DNA from: Hyphomicrobiales bacterium
Lineage (GTDB): Bacteria > Pseudomonadota > Alphaproteobacteria > Rhizobiales > JANPGK01
Assembly (NCBI GenBank): GCA_031423895.1
Contig: JANPGK010000035.1
Location: 6,720 to 70,719 of the forward strand
Direction: 5' to 3'
DNA length: 64,000 bases
Shown: piece after piece, positions 39,959 through 50,267 of the stretch
Layout: every line of letters starts with the position of its first letter
Position numbering within the stretch: position 1 is the first letter of the stretch
Notes under the pieces: model-generated
Told to the model about the DNA's origin: nothing
The model's input: only the letters and a program-made list of their open reading frames with translations
The model's database searches: none
Program-made: the position numbers and the translations under genes

Positions 39959-40567
39959 ATGAATATAGACCAACCCCATAGCACGTCGAAAGGGCGCAAA
40001 GCGCTTGATCAACAACTGCGCCAGATCACCAAACAATTGGGCGCGCGGCCCATTGTGCTGGTGGGCATGATGGGCTCGGGCAAAACGACGCTGGGGCGGC
40101 GCTTGGCCAAAATGTTGAAGCTCGATTTTCATGATAGCGACCACGAGGTGGAGCTGGCTGCGGGCATGACAATTCCCGATATTTTCTCAGCTTTTGGTGA
40201 AGCCTATTTTCGTCAAGGCGAGGCCAAAGTGATCGCGCGGCTGGTGAAGGATGGTCAGCAGATATTGTCGCTGGGTGGCGGCGCATTTATCAATGACGAC
40301 ACCCGCGCATTGGTGAATCAAGGCGCGGTTTCTGTGTGGCTGCAAGCCCCAGCCGATGTATTGATGACACGCCTGCGCCGCAAGCAAAATCGCCCGCTGA
40401 TGCTCACAGATAACCCCGAAGATACACTGCGCACATTGATAGAGGCGCGCCAGCCGCTCTATGCGCAGGCCATGGTGCATGTGGACTTGCAAGATTACGC
40501 AGTGGAGCGCGCCGCGCGGGAAATTATTGGCGCCATTCATGCCCATATTGTGAAAGAGAAACAATGA
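39959..40567 (+). CDS. aroK: Shikimate kinase
   Basis: GMMGSGKTTLG, DSD, LGGGAF, RPLM. Confidence 0.93.
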   Translation: MNIDQPHSTSKGRKALDQQLRQITKQLGARPIVLVGMMGSGKTTLGRRLAKMLKLDFHDSDHEVELAAGMTIPDIFSAFGEAYFRQGEAKVIARLVKDGQQILSLGGGAFINDDTRALVNQGAVSVWLQAPADVLMTRLRRKQNRPLMLTDNPEDTLRTLIEARQPLYAQAMVHVDLQDYAVERAAREIIGAIHAHIVKEKQ

Positions 40568-41676
40568 GTTATGTAGCCGTTCCTGTTGAGCTGGGAGAAT
40601 ATTCCTATGACGTGTTGATCGGTGAGGGGCTCATATACAACGCTGCCAGCCACGCGCGCCCATATGTTAAACAGGCCAAAAAATTGGCGATTATTGCCAG
40701 CGCGCCCGTGGCGACACTCTATATGCAGCCGTTGATGGATGCCTTGGTGCCGCTTGGGCTGCCGATCACCACCATTGAAATTGAGGATGGTGAAGGGGCA
40801 AAATGCTTCCGCGTGCTGGAGGACATCTCGCGGCAATTGTTGCAAGCAGGGCTTTCCCGTAATGATGTGGTGTTTGCCTTGGGCGGCGGTGTGGCGGGGG
40901 ATTTGGTGGGCTTTGCCGCAGCGATTTATAAGCGGGGCATTGGGTTTATTCAAATTCCCACCAGCTTGCTGGCGCAGGTCGATTCCAGCGTGGGCGGCAA
41001 AACGGGTATCAACACAGGTGAAGGCAAAAACTTAATTGGGGCGTTTCATCAACCATCACTTGTGTTGGCCGACACCAGCGTTTTGAATACGCTCGCGCAC
41101 CGCCAGCTGCTTTCAGGCTATGCCGAGGTGGTGAAATATGCGCTGCTTGGCGATGCAGGATTTTTCAACTGGCTTGAAGCCAATGCCGCCAAACTACTCG
41201 CGGGTGATGTGCCCGCGCGTATTCACGCCATTAAACGCAGTGTGGAAATGAAGGCGGGCATTGTTTCACGCGATGAAAAAGAGCAAGGCGAACGCATGTT
41301 ATTGAACCTTGGCCACACCTTTGGCCACGCGTTTGAGGCCTATTTTGGCTATTCCAGCCAGCTGCTGCATGGCGAAGCGGTGGCGCTGGGCATTATCTGC
41401 GCCTATGACTACAGCCATAAAATTGGGTTGTGCACTGGGCAAGATGTGCAACGGGTGCGGGCGCATTTCACCGCAATTGGCCTGCCAACTGATGCGCGGG
41501 CATTTGGCCTGAATGCTTCGCATGTGCCGCAATTGTTGCAATTGATGGGCAGCGATAAAAAAGCCACAGGCAATGGCTGGACATTTATTTTATGTGACGC
41601 TATCGGCGCGGCTAAAATTGTAGATGGTGTGCCCCCAAGCGCGATTGAGGCGTATTTATCAAGCATTTTGTCATAA
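40564..41676 (+). CDS. aroB: 3-dehydroquinate synthase
   Basis: GGGVAGD, DSSVGGKT, LNLGHTFGH, HGEAV. Confidence 0.96.
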   Translation: MSYVAVPVELGEYSYDVLIGEGLIYNAASHARPYVKQAKKLAIIASAPVATLYMQPLMDALVPLGLPITTIEIEDGEGAKCFRVLEDISRQLLQAGLSRNDVVFALGGGVAGDLVGFAAAIYKRGIGFIQIPTSLLAQVDSSVGGKTGINTGEGKNLIGAFHQPSLVLADTSVLNTLAHRQLLSGYAEVVKYALLGDAGFFNWLEANAAKLLAGDVPARIHAIKRSVEMKAGIVSRDEKEQGERMLLNLGHTFGHAFEAYFGYSSQLLHGEAVALGIICAYDYSHKIGLCTGQDVQRVRAHFTAIGLPTDARAFGLNASHVPQLLQLMGSDKKATGNGWTFILCDAIGAAKIVDGVPPSAIEAYLSSILS

Positions 41677-41688
41677 ATATACTCAAAT

Positions 41689-42069
41689 TTACAAGCCATT
41701 AAAAATTTGCCACATTGTTTTTTGACGTTCTACTTTAATAGAATCCCCTAGTGCGGCTATATTTTTTGAAAAGCTGTCTTTTAACATTGCAGTTTTTTGT
41801 AATTCAAGATTATTATTTGTGTTGTATTTATCTTTTACATAAATTGAAAACAATTTATTATATTTCACAATATTCAAATTTAAACTATCTATATTAGATA
41901 AGCGAATGGTGTTGAGGTGTTTTACTTTTTTGTCATGTTCAAAATGCATGAATATATAAAGAAATACTGTCAGCACACCAGTGTTTCGCCATGTTGATGC
42001 GGATAACAATGATTGCCATAATAATTTTAGCAGATCAATTTTGGGGGCGTTATTTGGTATTGTGGTCAT
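41689..42069 (-). CDS. AT-rich orphan protein with one predicted TM segment
   Basis: 126-codon ORF rich in N and K. Confidence 0.55.
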   Translation of the reverse strand: MTTIPNNAPKIDLLKLLWQSLLSASTWRNTGVLTVFLYIFMHFEHDKKVKHLNTIRLSNIDSLNLNIVKYNKLFSIYVKDKYNTNNNLELQKTAMLKDSFSKNIAALGDSIKVERQKTMWQIFNGL

Positions 42070-42126
42070 GAGGCTTCTGCAGGTCGCAATATGCCACCGC
42101 CATGAGGTGTATTAAGGCATCCATAT

Positions 42127-42162
42127 AAAAAGCCTTAAGATCGCTTCCACAACCTTAAGGCT
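42127..42162 (-). terminator. Intrinsic terminator of the cold-shock gene
   Basis: AGCCTTAAG...CTTAAGGCT stem followed by a T-run on the minus strand. Confidence 0.6.
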
Positions 42163-42191
42163 AATTTCACATAATCTGATCAAACGATCGA

Positions 42192-42401
42192 TTACATCAA
42201 TTCTAATTCTACTGCAGATGTTTTACCGCGATTTGTAACCAAATCATAGGCAACGCGTTGGTCTTCATTCAGTGATTTCAAGCCGATACGCTCAACAGCT
42301 GAAATGTGTACAAACACATCAGCGCCGCCGTCATCTGGTTGAACGAAGCCGTAGCCTTTGGTTGGGTTGAACCATTTTACTTTTCCGGTAGATTTTGCCA
42401 T
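42192..42401 (-). CDS. Cold-shock protein (CspA family)
   Basis: GKVKWFN, KGYGF, VFVHISA. Confidence 0.95.
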   Translation of the reverse strand: MAKSTGKVKWFNPTKGYGFVQPDDGGADVFVHISAVERIGLKSLNEDQRVAYDLVTNRGKTSAVELELM

Positions 42402-42594
42402 GATATTGGTAGCCTATTCTAAGAATTAAAGAATTTATGCAACACCGTGCTGCACAAATCGCGAGTCTGCAAAACTCGAATGATTCAATGCCACAAATAT
42501 TCAGCGTGGTCAAGGCTATTTTTTCTGGGGAATACAGTGGGTATAATTCAGAGTGAATGGTTGATTTGCATATGAAAACTGTCATATTGGCATC

Positions 42595-42951
42595 ATGAGC
42601 ATAGATTCCGCACCCAGAACTATTTCACAAGCATGCGCATGGTTTGCACAACGTCGCAACTATGGCCTCACAATCATTCGCAGCGGGTTTTTCCTCAATG
42701 CGGGCTGTGCATTTATCATATATACCTTTGCGGGGCTGCAACCTGCTATGTATATCAATTTGCTGGGAGTATTGGCGTGTATTTTAGCTGGGTTTATTGG
42801 GTGGCAGCACTGGATTCATGAGGGCAACCCGCGCCACACCGCCGCAAGCACCGCACATTTTGCGAGCATTTCAATCGTGTTTGTCGCCTTGGCCTATGCC
42901 ATGTGGGTGTTCGCGATTGTGAATATGTTGATGTATTATGGCATTATATAA
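42595..42951 (+). CDS. Hypothetical small membrane protein (about 3 TM)
   Basis: 118-codon hydrophobic ORF filling the gap. Confidence 0.55.
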   Translation: MSIDSAPRTISQACAWFAQRRNYGLTIIRSGFFLNAGCAFIIYTFAGLQPAMYINLLGVLACILAGFIGWQHWIHEGNPRHTAASTAHFASISIVFVALAYAMWVFAIVNMLMYYGII

Positions 42952-42953
42952 CG

Positions 42954-44045
42954 CTACACCTTCACGCGCTGCCGTTTATTGCCCCATGTGCCAGGCTTAT
43001 CAATGAACACCCCTGCGATGGGCGTGGTGCAATTGGGGCATGTGCCTTCAGGCGTGACATTATAGTGTGAAATGGCATATTGATGGCGGCCGATCAGCTT
43101 TTCACCACAGCCATGGCACCATGTGCTGGCGCGCGCCTCGTCTATCACATTGCCCGTATATACGTAGCGCAGGCCATTTTGCAAGGCAATTTGCCGCGCC
43201 ATAATCAGCGTGGTTTGCGGGGTGATAGGCTTATCCTTCATCCGAAAATCGGGGTGGAACGCGCTAAAATGCAGTGGCACATGCGGCCCCAACGCATCGC
43301 ACACCCAGGCGCTGAGGGCATCAATCTCGCGCGGGCTGTCGTTTTCACCTGGGATCAGCAGCGTGGTGATTTCTACCCACACGTCGGTTTCCTTCACAAG
43401 ATATTCCAGCGTCTCCTTCACATTGCCAAGGCTGGCTTTGCAATGCTTATAATAGAAGTCTTCAGTGAAGGCTTTCAAATCCACATTGGCGGCGTCCATT
43501 GCCTTGAAAAATTCAATTCGTGGTGCGGCTTCTACATAGCCTGCAGTGACCGCCACTGATTTGATGCCCAGCTCATGGCAGGCAGCAGCAATATCAATGG
43601 CATATTCGGCAAAAATAATCGGGTCATTATAGGTGTAGGCCACCGATGCGCAGCCAGCGGCGTGCGCGGCTTTGGCAATTGCATGCGGGCTGGCCTCACC
43701 TGTCAGGGTGTCCATTTCGCGCGATTTTGAAATTTCCCAATTTTGACAAAAGCTACACGCTAAATTGCACCCCGCCGTGCCAAACGAAAGCACCGATGTG
43801 CCTGGCAGAAAATGTGCTAGCGGCTTCTTTTCTATTGGGTCAATACAAAATCCAGAGGAACGGCCATATGTGGTGAGCACCATCTCATTATTCTGTCGCG
43901 CCCGCACAAAACATAGACCGCGCTGCCCCTCTTGCAATTTGCACGCACGCGGGCACAATGTGCAGAGGATTCGGCCATCGCTGCCCATCTCCCACCAGCG
44001 TGTGGCGGTTTGTGTTGGTGGTATTGTGGCGCGTTCGAGGAGCAT
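42954..44045 (-). CDS. amrS: AmmeMemoRadiSam system radical SAM enzyme
   Basis: CTLCPRAC, DPIEKKPL, GCNLACSFCQNWEIS, YTYNDP, YVYTGN. Confidence 0.93.
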   Translation of the reverse strand: MLLERATIPPTQTATRWWEMGSDGRILCTLCPRACKLQEGQRGLCFVRARQNNEMVLTTYGRSSGFCIDPIEKKPLAHFLPGTSVLSFGTAGCNLACSFCQNWEISKSREMDTLTGEASPHAIAKAAHAAGCASVAYTYNDPIIFAEYAIDIAAACHELGIKSVAVTAGYVEAAPRIEFFKAMDAANVDLKAFTEDFYYKHCKASLGNVKETLEYLVKETDVWVEITTLLIPGENDSPREIDALSAWVCDALGPHVPLHFSAFHPDFRMKDKPITPQTTLIMARQIALQNGLRYVYTGNVIDEARASTWCHGCGEKLIGRHQYAISHYNVTPEGTCPNCTTPIAGVFIDKPGTWGNKRQRVKV

Positions 44046-44103
44046 GTGGGCAGTATGCCTGCGCTGCGTTAACGAATTATAAACTAGTGTTATTGAGGGC
44101 AAC

Positions 44104-45540
44104 ATGCCAAAACTTGCTGCAAAAAAAGCCAAAATTGCCCATAAACAGGCAAAAGCCGCTAAACCAAAATCGGGGCCTGTCGTATTATTCCCCATGCAGG
44201 TTGCGGGGAAATTTTACCCTAGCACGGTGGATGAACTTAATCAGGCCATGGCGTTTTGCGCGCAGCACCAAGCCAAAAATTGGGATGAAAGCTTTCGCGC
44301 CCCGTTCAAAGCTATTGTGATGCCCCATGCGGGTTTGCGCTTTTCAGGCATGGTGGCGCAAACTGCCATTTCGGCCGTTGCGCATATGGCTGATCGAATT
44401 AAACGCATTGTGATAATGGCGCCCACTCATCATGTGCAATTTCAAGGCATGGCCACATTAGATGCGCATGGCTTTGAAACACCGCTGGGCACAGTAAAAA
44501 TTGATACACAGGGCGTAGCGCAGGCCATGGAACATGCGGGTGTGCAGGTGTTGCCCAAAGCCTTTGAAGGCGAGCATTCCATCGAAGTTGAGTTGCCATT
44601 TTTGGCTAAATTTTTTCCTAAAGCCGCTGTGGTACCGCTGATTATTGGCGATGCCTCGCTACAGCAGATGACGGATGTGATCACATCGCTTTGGGGCGGG
44701 GCTGAAACGCTGTTGATCATCAGCTCCGACCTGAGCCATTTTATGTCGCAAGACACCGCCAAGCAACATGACGCGATCACCGCATTTGCCATTGAAACGC
44801 TGCAATTCAGCGGCCTCACGGGCAAACATGCGTGCGGATTTCGCCCATTGGCGGGCTTTATGGCAGTGGCACAGGCCAAGGGGATGCGCGCCACGCAGTT
44901 GGATATGCGCACCTCGGGAGATACATTCGGCAACCTTGAGCGGGTGGTGGGCTATGGCGCATGGGGCTTCGAGCCCGCCCGCACCGCGCAGCTGCCGCAA
45001 GAATACCGCACACAATTGCTCGATATTGCCACGCGCACCATTGCCCATGGGTTGCACAAGGGCAAACCACCGCAAGTGGCGCTGAACACGTTCAAATTCC
45101 CGCTGCGTAGCATTGCTAAAACTTTTGTCACGCTCAAGATTGATGGAAAATTGCGCGGGTGTATTGGTTCCATGCAGCCCATGCAGGCGCTGGTGCAAGA
45201 TGTGGTGGCCAATAGTTTTAAAGCCGCCTTTGCCGACCCACGCTTTAAACCGCTCACCGCAGCAGAGTTTCCACATATTGAAGTGAGCATTTCAATTTTA
45301 TCGCAGCCCACCGCGCTCACACTCAAGAATGAAGCCGACCTTTTGGCCAAATTGCAGCCCGATATGGATGGGCTGATCATTCGCGGGGCGGGTAAGCAAG
45401 CGCTGTTTTTGCCCAGCGTGTGGGAAGACATTCACCACCCGCGCGATTTTGTGCAGGCACTCAAGCGCAAAGCGGGGCTGCAACACGAGCAATGGCCCGC
45501 AGATATGCAGGCCTGGGTATTTACAGCCGAGAAGTTCTAA
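44104..45540 (+). CDS. AmmeMemoRadiSam protein B (Memo) fused to protein A (AMMECR1)
   Basis: PHAG, EHSIEVELPF, SSDLSH, VVGYGA, then FVTL..LRGCIG, DPRF, FLPSVW. Confidence 0.92.
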   Translation: MPKLAAKKAKIAHKQAKAAKPKSGPVVLFPMQVAGKFYPSTVDELNQAMAFCAQHQAKNWDESFRAPFKAIVMPHAGLRFSGMVAQTAISAVAHMADRIKRIVIMAPTHHVQFQGMATLDAHGFETPLGTVKIDTQGVAQAMEHAGVQVLPKAFEGEHSIEVELPFLAKFFPKAAVVPLIIGDASLQQMTDVITSLWGGAETLLIISSDLSHFMSQDTAKQHDAITAFAIETLQFSGLTGKHACGFRPLAGFMAVAQAKGMRATQLDMRTSGDTFGNLERVVGYGAWGFEPARTAQLPQEYRTQLLDIATRTIAHGLHKGKPPQVALNTFKFPLRSIAKTFVTLKIDGKLRGCIGSMQPMQALVQDVVANSFKAAFADPRFKPLTAAEFPHIEVSISILSQPTALTLKNEADLLAKLQPDMDGLIIRGAGKQALFLPSVWEDIHHPRDFVQALKRKAGLQHEQWPADMQAWVFTAEKF

Positions 45541-45543
45541 GGA

Positions 45544-45813
45544 TTAAGCAACTGGCGGGGTGTAGGTAGAGAGGCTGCCTGCTTTGCCAGGGATCGCAAT
45601 GGCCTTCATTGCGCTGTTGAAATCAACATTGGCCACTTGAGGCGCAACTGCTTCGTTTTGATTGGCGGCAGGGGCGGCGGCTTTTGACGCTTGTGCAGCG
45701 AAGTTTTGCTTAACGGCGCCAGTAAATGCAGAGTTGATATCATTCAAAACAGCTTGCAGGCCGGCATCAATGCCCTTGCCGCCGATCTGATTTTGAAGTT
45801 GCTCTGTTGACAT
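45544..45813 (-). CDS. Orphan Ala/Gln/Asn-rich small protein
   Basis: 89-codon ATG ORF divergent from dnaA. Confidence 0.6.
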   Translation of the reverse strand: MSTEQLQNQIGGKGIDAGLQAVLNDINSAFTGAVKQNFAAQASKAAAPAANQNEAVAPQVANVDFNSAMKAIAIPGKAGSLSTYTPPVA

Positions 45814-46259
45814 TTGTGTTCGCCCTGTTTCGCTCAGTCCTTATGTTATGCCACAAACATGCGCCTAATTCTATTAGACCATTGGCTAGTTTATATTATC
45901 CCTTGGTATAATAGGTTGAAGGATATGGTTAATTTTGCAGCCTAATGCGTACAATTGTAGGGATCGGCAATGTCAAGCGAAAAATTTTCAAAAATGTTCA
46001 AAATGCTGTATTGCGCTGTGCAAAACTGCTGTGTAAGATGGGGCACAAGCGGTAAATATAAGAAGTCTGATAAGCAATTTGCGGATTGTTTATACAGATC
46101 AAAGAATACCAGAGGGGGTAACATGAAACATTCAAAGCAATTGCGTGCAACATACTTCACAAGTTTATTGTATTCATATTTTATACATCAATAATATTTT
46201 TATTTAACTTCATAAAACAATTTGTTGAGTAATAAAAATCTGTCAAGATGGGGAATTTT

Positions 46260-47756
46260 ATGGCTGCAGAACTTATGCTCGTTCAGTCGGGGCTTGAAGG
46301 TGTTGAAATTGATGGCGAGGAACGCTCTCCCATCGCGCAACGCTGGATGGATGTAAAATCAAAACTACGTCTTGAAGTGGGTGAGGATGTGTTCGCCAGC
46401 TGGTTTGCCCGCGCTGAGCTTGAGCAATTTCAAGATGATATTGCCATTTTATCGGTACCGACAAAATTTCTCAAAAGCTGGATTCAATCGCATTATCGGG
46501 ATGTGCTCACGTCTGTGATTGCGTGCGAGTGGCCTGTCATCAAGCGGGTGGACTTTATCGTGCGCCAAGTGGCGAATGCCGCCAAGGCGCAAGCGCCCAC
46601 GATTGCGCTGGTGGCCCCTGTGCTGACGCAATCCGATGGATTCCGCGCGCAGGACATGAAGCACGAGTCTGTTGCGGCAACTTCGCATGCCGGAGCGTCT
46701 TCAGGGGCGTGTATCGAAAGCCATTTTGATGCGCGCTGCAGCTTTAACAATTTCCGCGTGTCGAAATCCAATGCGTTCGCGCATTCGGCTGCCATGAAGC
46801 TAGCCAGTGAAACGCTTAACGGTGCTACGCCTTACAACCCCCTGTTCATTCATGGCGGTGTTGGCTTGGGCAAAACCCATTTGTTGCAAGCTGTGGGGCA
46901 AGAAGTGCTTAAAGCGCATGGCAAGCGGGTACTTTACCTCACAGCGGAGCGGTTTATGTATGAATTTGTGGCGGCATTGCGCAGCCATAATGCCATGAAT
47001 TTCAAGGAATCGTTGCGCGGCATTGATGTTCTGTTGATTGACGATCTGCAATTTTTGCAAGGCAAAAATATTCAACAAGAATTTTGCCACATCATGAATG
47101 CGCTGCTGGAATCGGCACGCGCCATTGTGGTGGCGGCCGATCGCCTGCCCGCTGATTTGGATAATCTCGATGCCCGTATTCGCTCGCGCCTTGGCGCTGG
47201 CTTGGTGGTGGAAATTGGCTCGCCCGATGAGGATTTGCGGTTTGATATTCTCAAAACCCGCGCGGGCGTGCTCATGCAACAACATTCCGATTTGATGATC
47301 CCCGATACCGCATTGCGCCTGATTGCGGCGTCTGTGGCCACAAATGGCCGCGATCTCGAGGGTGCGCTCAACCGTGTGGTGGCGCAGCATCAGTTCTCGC
47401 GCCAGCCGCTGACCGAGCAAATGGTGGAAGACGCCATTCGCGATCTCATTAAACTGCCGGACAATAAACGCATTAAAATTGAAGATATTCAACGCTTTGT
47501 GGCTAAGCACTATAATGTCTCCCGTGCGGATTTGCTCTCGAACCGCCGCACGCAAACCATTGTGCGCCCACGCCAAGTGGCCATGTATCTGGCCAAAATG
47601 CTCACCCCGCGCTCGCTGCCTGAAATTGGCCGCCGCTTTGGTGGCCGCGACCACACCACCGTTCTGCACGCTGTGCGCAAGGTGGAAACCATGCTGCCCA
47701 ACGACCCATCATTGCAAAATGATATTGATGTGTTGAAGCGGATTTTGGAGGGTTAA
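46260..47756 (+). CDS. dnaA: Chromosomal replication initiator DnaA
   Basis: [34 protein letters not shown]. Confidence 0.97.
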   Translation: MAAELMLVQSGLEGVEIDGEERSPIAQRWMDVKSKLRLEVGEDVFASWFARAELEQFQDDIAILSVPTKFLKSWIQSHYRDVLTSVIACEWPVIKRVDFIVRQVANAAKAQAPTIALVAPVLTQSDGFRAQDMKHESVAATSHAGASSGACIESHFDARCSFNNFRVSKSNAFAHSAAMKLASETLNGATPYNPLFIHGGVGLGKTHLLQAVGQEVLKAHGKRVLYLTAERFMYEFVAALRSHNAMNFKESLRGIDVLLIDDLQFLQGKNIQQEFCHIMNALLESARAIVVAADRLPADLDNLDARIRSRLGAGLVVEIGSPDEDLRFDILKTRAGVLMQQHSDLMIPDTALRLIAASVATNGRDLEGALNRVVAQHQFSRQPLTEQMVEDAIRDLIKLPDNKRIKIEDIQRFVAKHYNVSRADLLSNRRTQTIVRPRQVAMYLAKMLTPRSLPEIGRRFGGRDHTTVLHAVRKVETMLPNDPSLQNDIDVLKRILEG

Positions 47757-48670
47757 TCCCGCGCCCAAAAATGACTGTCGTCAATAATGGCCAAGGTGGT
47801 GAAGCGGGAGATAAGCGCGGTGAGCAGTGCTACAAATATGATCGCGCCCAGAAGCGCTATATAGCCCCAAATGCCGATTGATAATTGTGTAATAGGTACA
47901 ATCAAACCAATATCGGGCATTGAGCCTAATATGCGCGCAATATCGAGCCCGGCAAAAATGGCGGTGGCGGCGAGGCCACCCAGTGCAGCGCCTTTGAGGC
48001 CAAAGCGGAAATATTCCTTCTGAAATTCGCCCGCAATAAAGCTGTGGGGCGCGCCCAACATATCGAGAATTTCCACCACATGGCGGCTGCTGGCCAATGT
48101 GCCTTGGGTGGCAAAGGCAATGGTGAGCGCGGCGGCCAACACAATCAGCATGAAAATAAAGGCGCAGGCGCCCAAAATGAGCGTGGCGGAATATTGCAAC
48201 CTGTCGCGCCACACGCGGTGGTCGTCGATGCTGACACCTTGCACTTTGGCCGATATGACCTGCGATAACGCACTGATATTGGGCTGCGCCTTGGGGGCAA
48301 TTTCGATGGCCACAAGCCGAGGCAATGCCAATATCGACACATCCACGCTATCGCTCAACCATGGCGCCAGCAGTTCCTTTTGTGCGGTGTCGGAAATGGG
48401 CTGTGCGTTTTTTATGCCTTTGGTAGCGCGCGCCAGCTCAAGCACAGTTTTGATGGAGTTTTCAATATCCACCCCATCAATAGGGCGAATTTGCACGGTG
48501 ATGTCGCGCGAAATGCGGCTGTCCCATTCATTGACAGTGCCTACCACACAGGCCGAAATGCCCACGCATAAACATGCCAAAAAGGTCATGATGGCAATCA
48601 CAAATACAAATGCGCGCCCCACTAGGGTTTGCGTTGGTACAATACGGGCGGGTGCGGGGTATGTGGTCAC
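47753..48670 (-). CDS. ftsX: Cell division permease FtsX
   Basis: VIAIMTFLA, LLAPW, DDHRVW, LGA..FIA; GTGA overlap with ftsE. Confidence 0.88.
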   Translation of the reverse strand: MTTYPAPARIVPTQTLVGRAFVFVIAIMTFLACLCVGISACVVGTVNEWDSRISRDITVQIRPIDGVDIENSIKTVLELARATKGIKNAQPISDTAQKELLAPWLSDSVDVSILALPRLVAIEIAPKAQPNISALSQVISAKVQGVSIDDHRVWRDRLQYSATLILGACAFIFMLIVLAAALTIAFATQGTLASSRHVVEILDMLGAPHSFIAGEFQKEYFRFGLKGAALGGLAATAIFAGLDIARILGSMPDIGLIVPITQLSIGIWGYIALLGAIIFVALLTALISRFTTLAIIDDSHFWARD

Positions 48671-49335
48671 GCGGCCACCTGCTTGGTTGTAATGGTGCCA
48701 TGCTCCAGGTGCAAACATGTGGCGGGGTATAGCTTTAGCAAGGATGTGTCATGCGTAGCAATCAGCACCGCCGTGCCCAATTTATGCAGCTCAACAAACA
48801 AACGCAACAGGCGCCGCCCCATTGCGGGGTCCACATTGCCAGTGGGTTCATCGGCCAGCAAAATGGCGGGTTTGGCGATGAGCGCCCGCGCAATGGCCAC
48901 GCGTTGCTGCTCCCCACCTGAGAGAAATTGAGGAAAATCATGGAGTTTATCGCCTAAGCCCACCCAATCGAGCAGGTCTTTCACATCGGCGTGGCTGCCA
49001 TCGCCCCATGCCCCACGCACGCGCAGGGTGAGGGCCACATTGTCGAAAATGCTCATATGATCGAGCAAGCGAAAATCTTGAAACACCACGCCCATTTTTT
49101 GCCGAATTTGGGGAATGTCATCGGCGGTGATATGTGCAACATCTTGCCCGAACACCTCCATATTGCCAGAGGTGGGTTTGAGCCCCAACATCATTAATTT
49201 TAGCAGCGATGTTTTGCCCGCGCCCGATGCCCCAGTGAGATATTGGAACGATTGCGGCGCAATTGACACATTGGCGCCTTGCAACACCACATTGCCCGAG
49301 GGGTAGCGTAAATGAACGTCGTGCATGTCAATCAT
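48667..49335 (-). CDS. ftsE: Cell division ATP-binding protein FtsE
   Basis: GASGAGKT, VFQDFRLL, LSGGEQQR, ADEPTGN. Confidence 0.92.
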   Translation of the reverse strand: MIDMHDVHLRYPSGNVVLQGANVSIAPQSFQYLTGASGAGKTSLLKLMMLGLKPTSGNMEVFGQDVAHITADDIPQIRQKMGVVFQDFRLLDHMSIFDNVALTLRVRGAWGDGSHADVKDLLDWVGLGDKLHDFPQFLSGGEQQRVAIARALIAKPAILLADEPTGNVDPAMGRRLLRLFVELHKLGTAVLIATHDTSLLKLYPATCLHLEHGTITTKQVAA

Positions 49336-49438
49336 ATGAGACTCTTTTTTATATAAATTGTAGTCAGACAAAATTATGGTTTCCATTCCGTTAATATTTT
49401 GCGACTAACACTATATTATTCAGGATTCTTGATACCCC

Positions 49439-50260
49439 ATGATCACCGTTGGTTGCCCAAATTGCACGAAACAATACCAAATCCCCGATACGGCATTGGG
49501 TGATAAAGGCCGCACCATGCAATGCAAGGCCTGCGGTGAAAAATGGTTTTGCACCACCCAGCATATCATTATGCCTGAGCTGGCGCCAATTGCGCCCGAG
49601 CCAGACCCATGGGATGCGCCAACCCCTGCGACTATGAAGGAGCAGGCGCAGGAATTGGTGCAATCGGCCATTTCGCACGTGGTGGAAGTTGCGCCCGTTG
49701 AGAATGCGGTGACCTCGCTTAAACGCGCCGCATCGGCCGCCGATACGGATTTGGGCAGTGATTCCGATGCAGAGGCGATGCTGAAAGTGCAGCGAAAAAA
49801 GCGCCGAATGGATGTTGTGAAGGACTATCTCACCCCGCAATGGATCTGTTATGGGCTTGCCGCCATAATTGTGGCGGTGTTCTTGCTGTTGCCTTCAAGC
49901 TTTGTACGCCTCAACGCCAGCTATGCCAAAATTTATGAAGCGCTGGGGTATAGCATTAATCTTGAAGGACTGCTGATTGATAATGTCATCACCCGATATG
50001 AAACCCAAAAGGGCACGCAAATCATGCATATTGAGGGGGACGTGACGAATGTTACCACCGAGATTAAAACGTTGCCCCGCTTGAAAATTTATGTGAAATC
50101 GAGCACGGGAACTGATATTTATGCATGGGTAGTTTCAGCGCCAAAATTGTCATTATTGCCAGGTGAAGCGGTGCGGTTTAAAGCCCGCTATGCCGACCCT
50201 TCGCCCGAAGCAAAACAAATTCATGTGAAATTTTTTACCAGCGCCAATAGCAGGAAATAA
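49439..50260 (+). CDS. Zinc-ribbon (MJ0042-like finger) membrane protein
   Basis: CPNC-x19-CKAC..W, TM segment, C-terminal DUF3426-like region; divergent from ftsE. Confidence 0.8.
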   Translation: MITVGCPNCTKQYQIPDTALGDKGRTMQCKACGEKWFCTTQHIIMPELAPIAPEPDPWDAPTPATMKEQAQELVQSAISHVVEVAPVENAVTSLKRAASAADTDLGSDSDAEAMLKVQRKKRRMDVVKDYLTPQWICYGLAAIIVAVFLLLPSSFVRLNASYAKIYEALGYSINLEGLLIDNVITRYETQKGTQIMHIEGDVTNVTTEIKTLPRLKIYVKSSTGTDIYAWVVSAPKLSLLPGEAVRFKARYADPSPEAKQIHVKFFTSANSRK

Positions 50261-50267
50261 GCATTTT

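Noticed and set aside
44046-44195. Overlap of radical SAM ORF with the Memo gene
   Set aside because: Removed by using the ATG at 44045.
45950-46250. Possible oriC upstream of dnaA
   Set aside because: AT-rich but no perfect TTATCCACA box cluster seen; alphaproteobacterial origins are often elsewhere.
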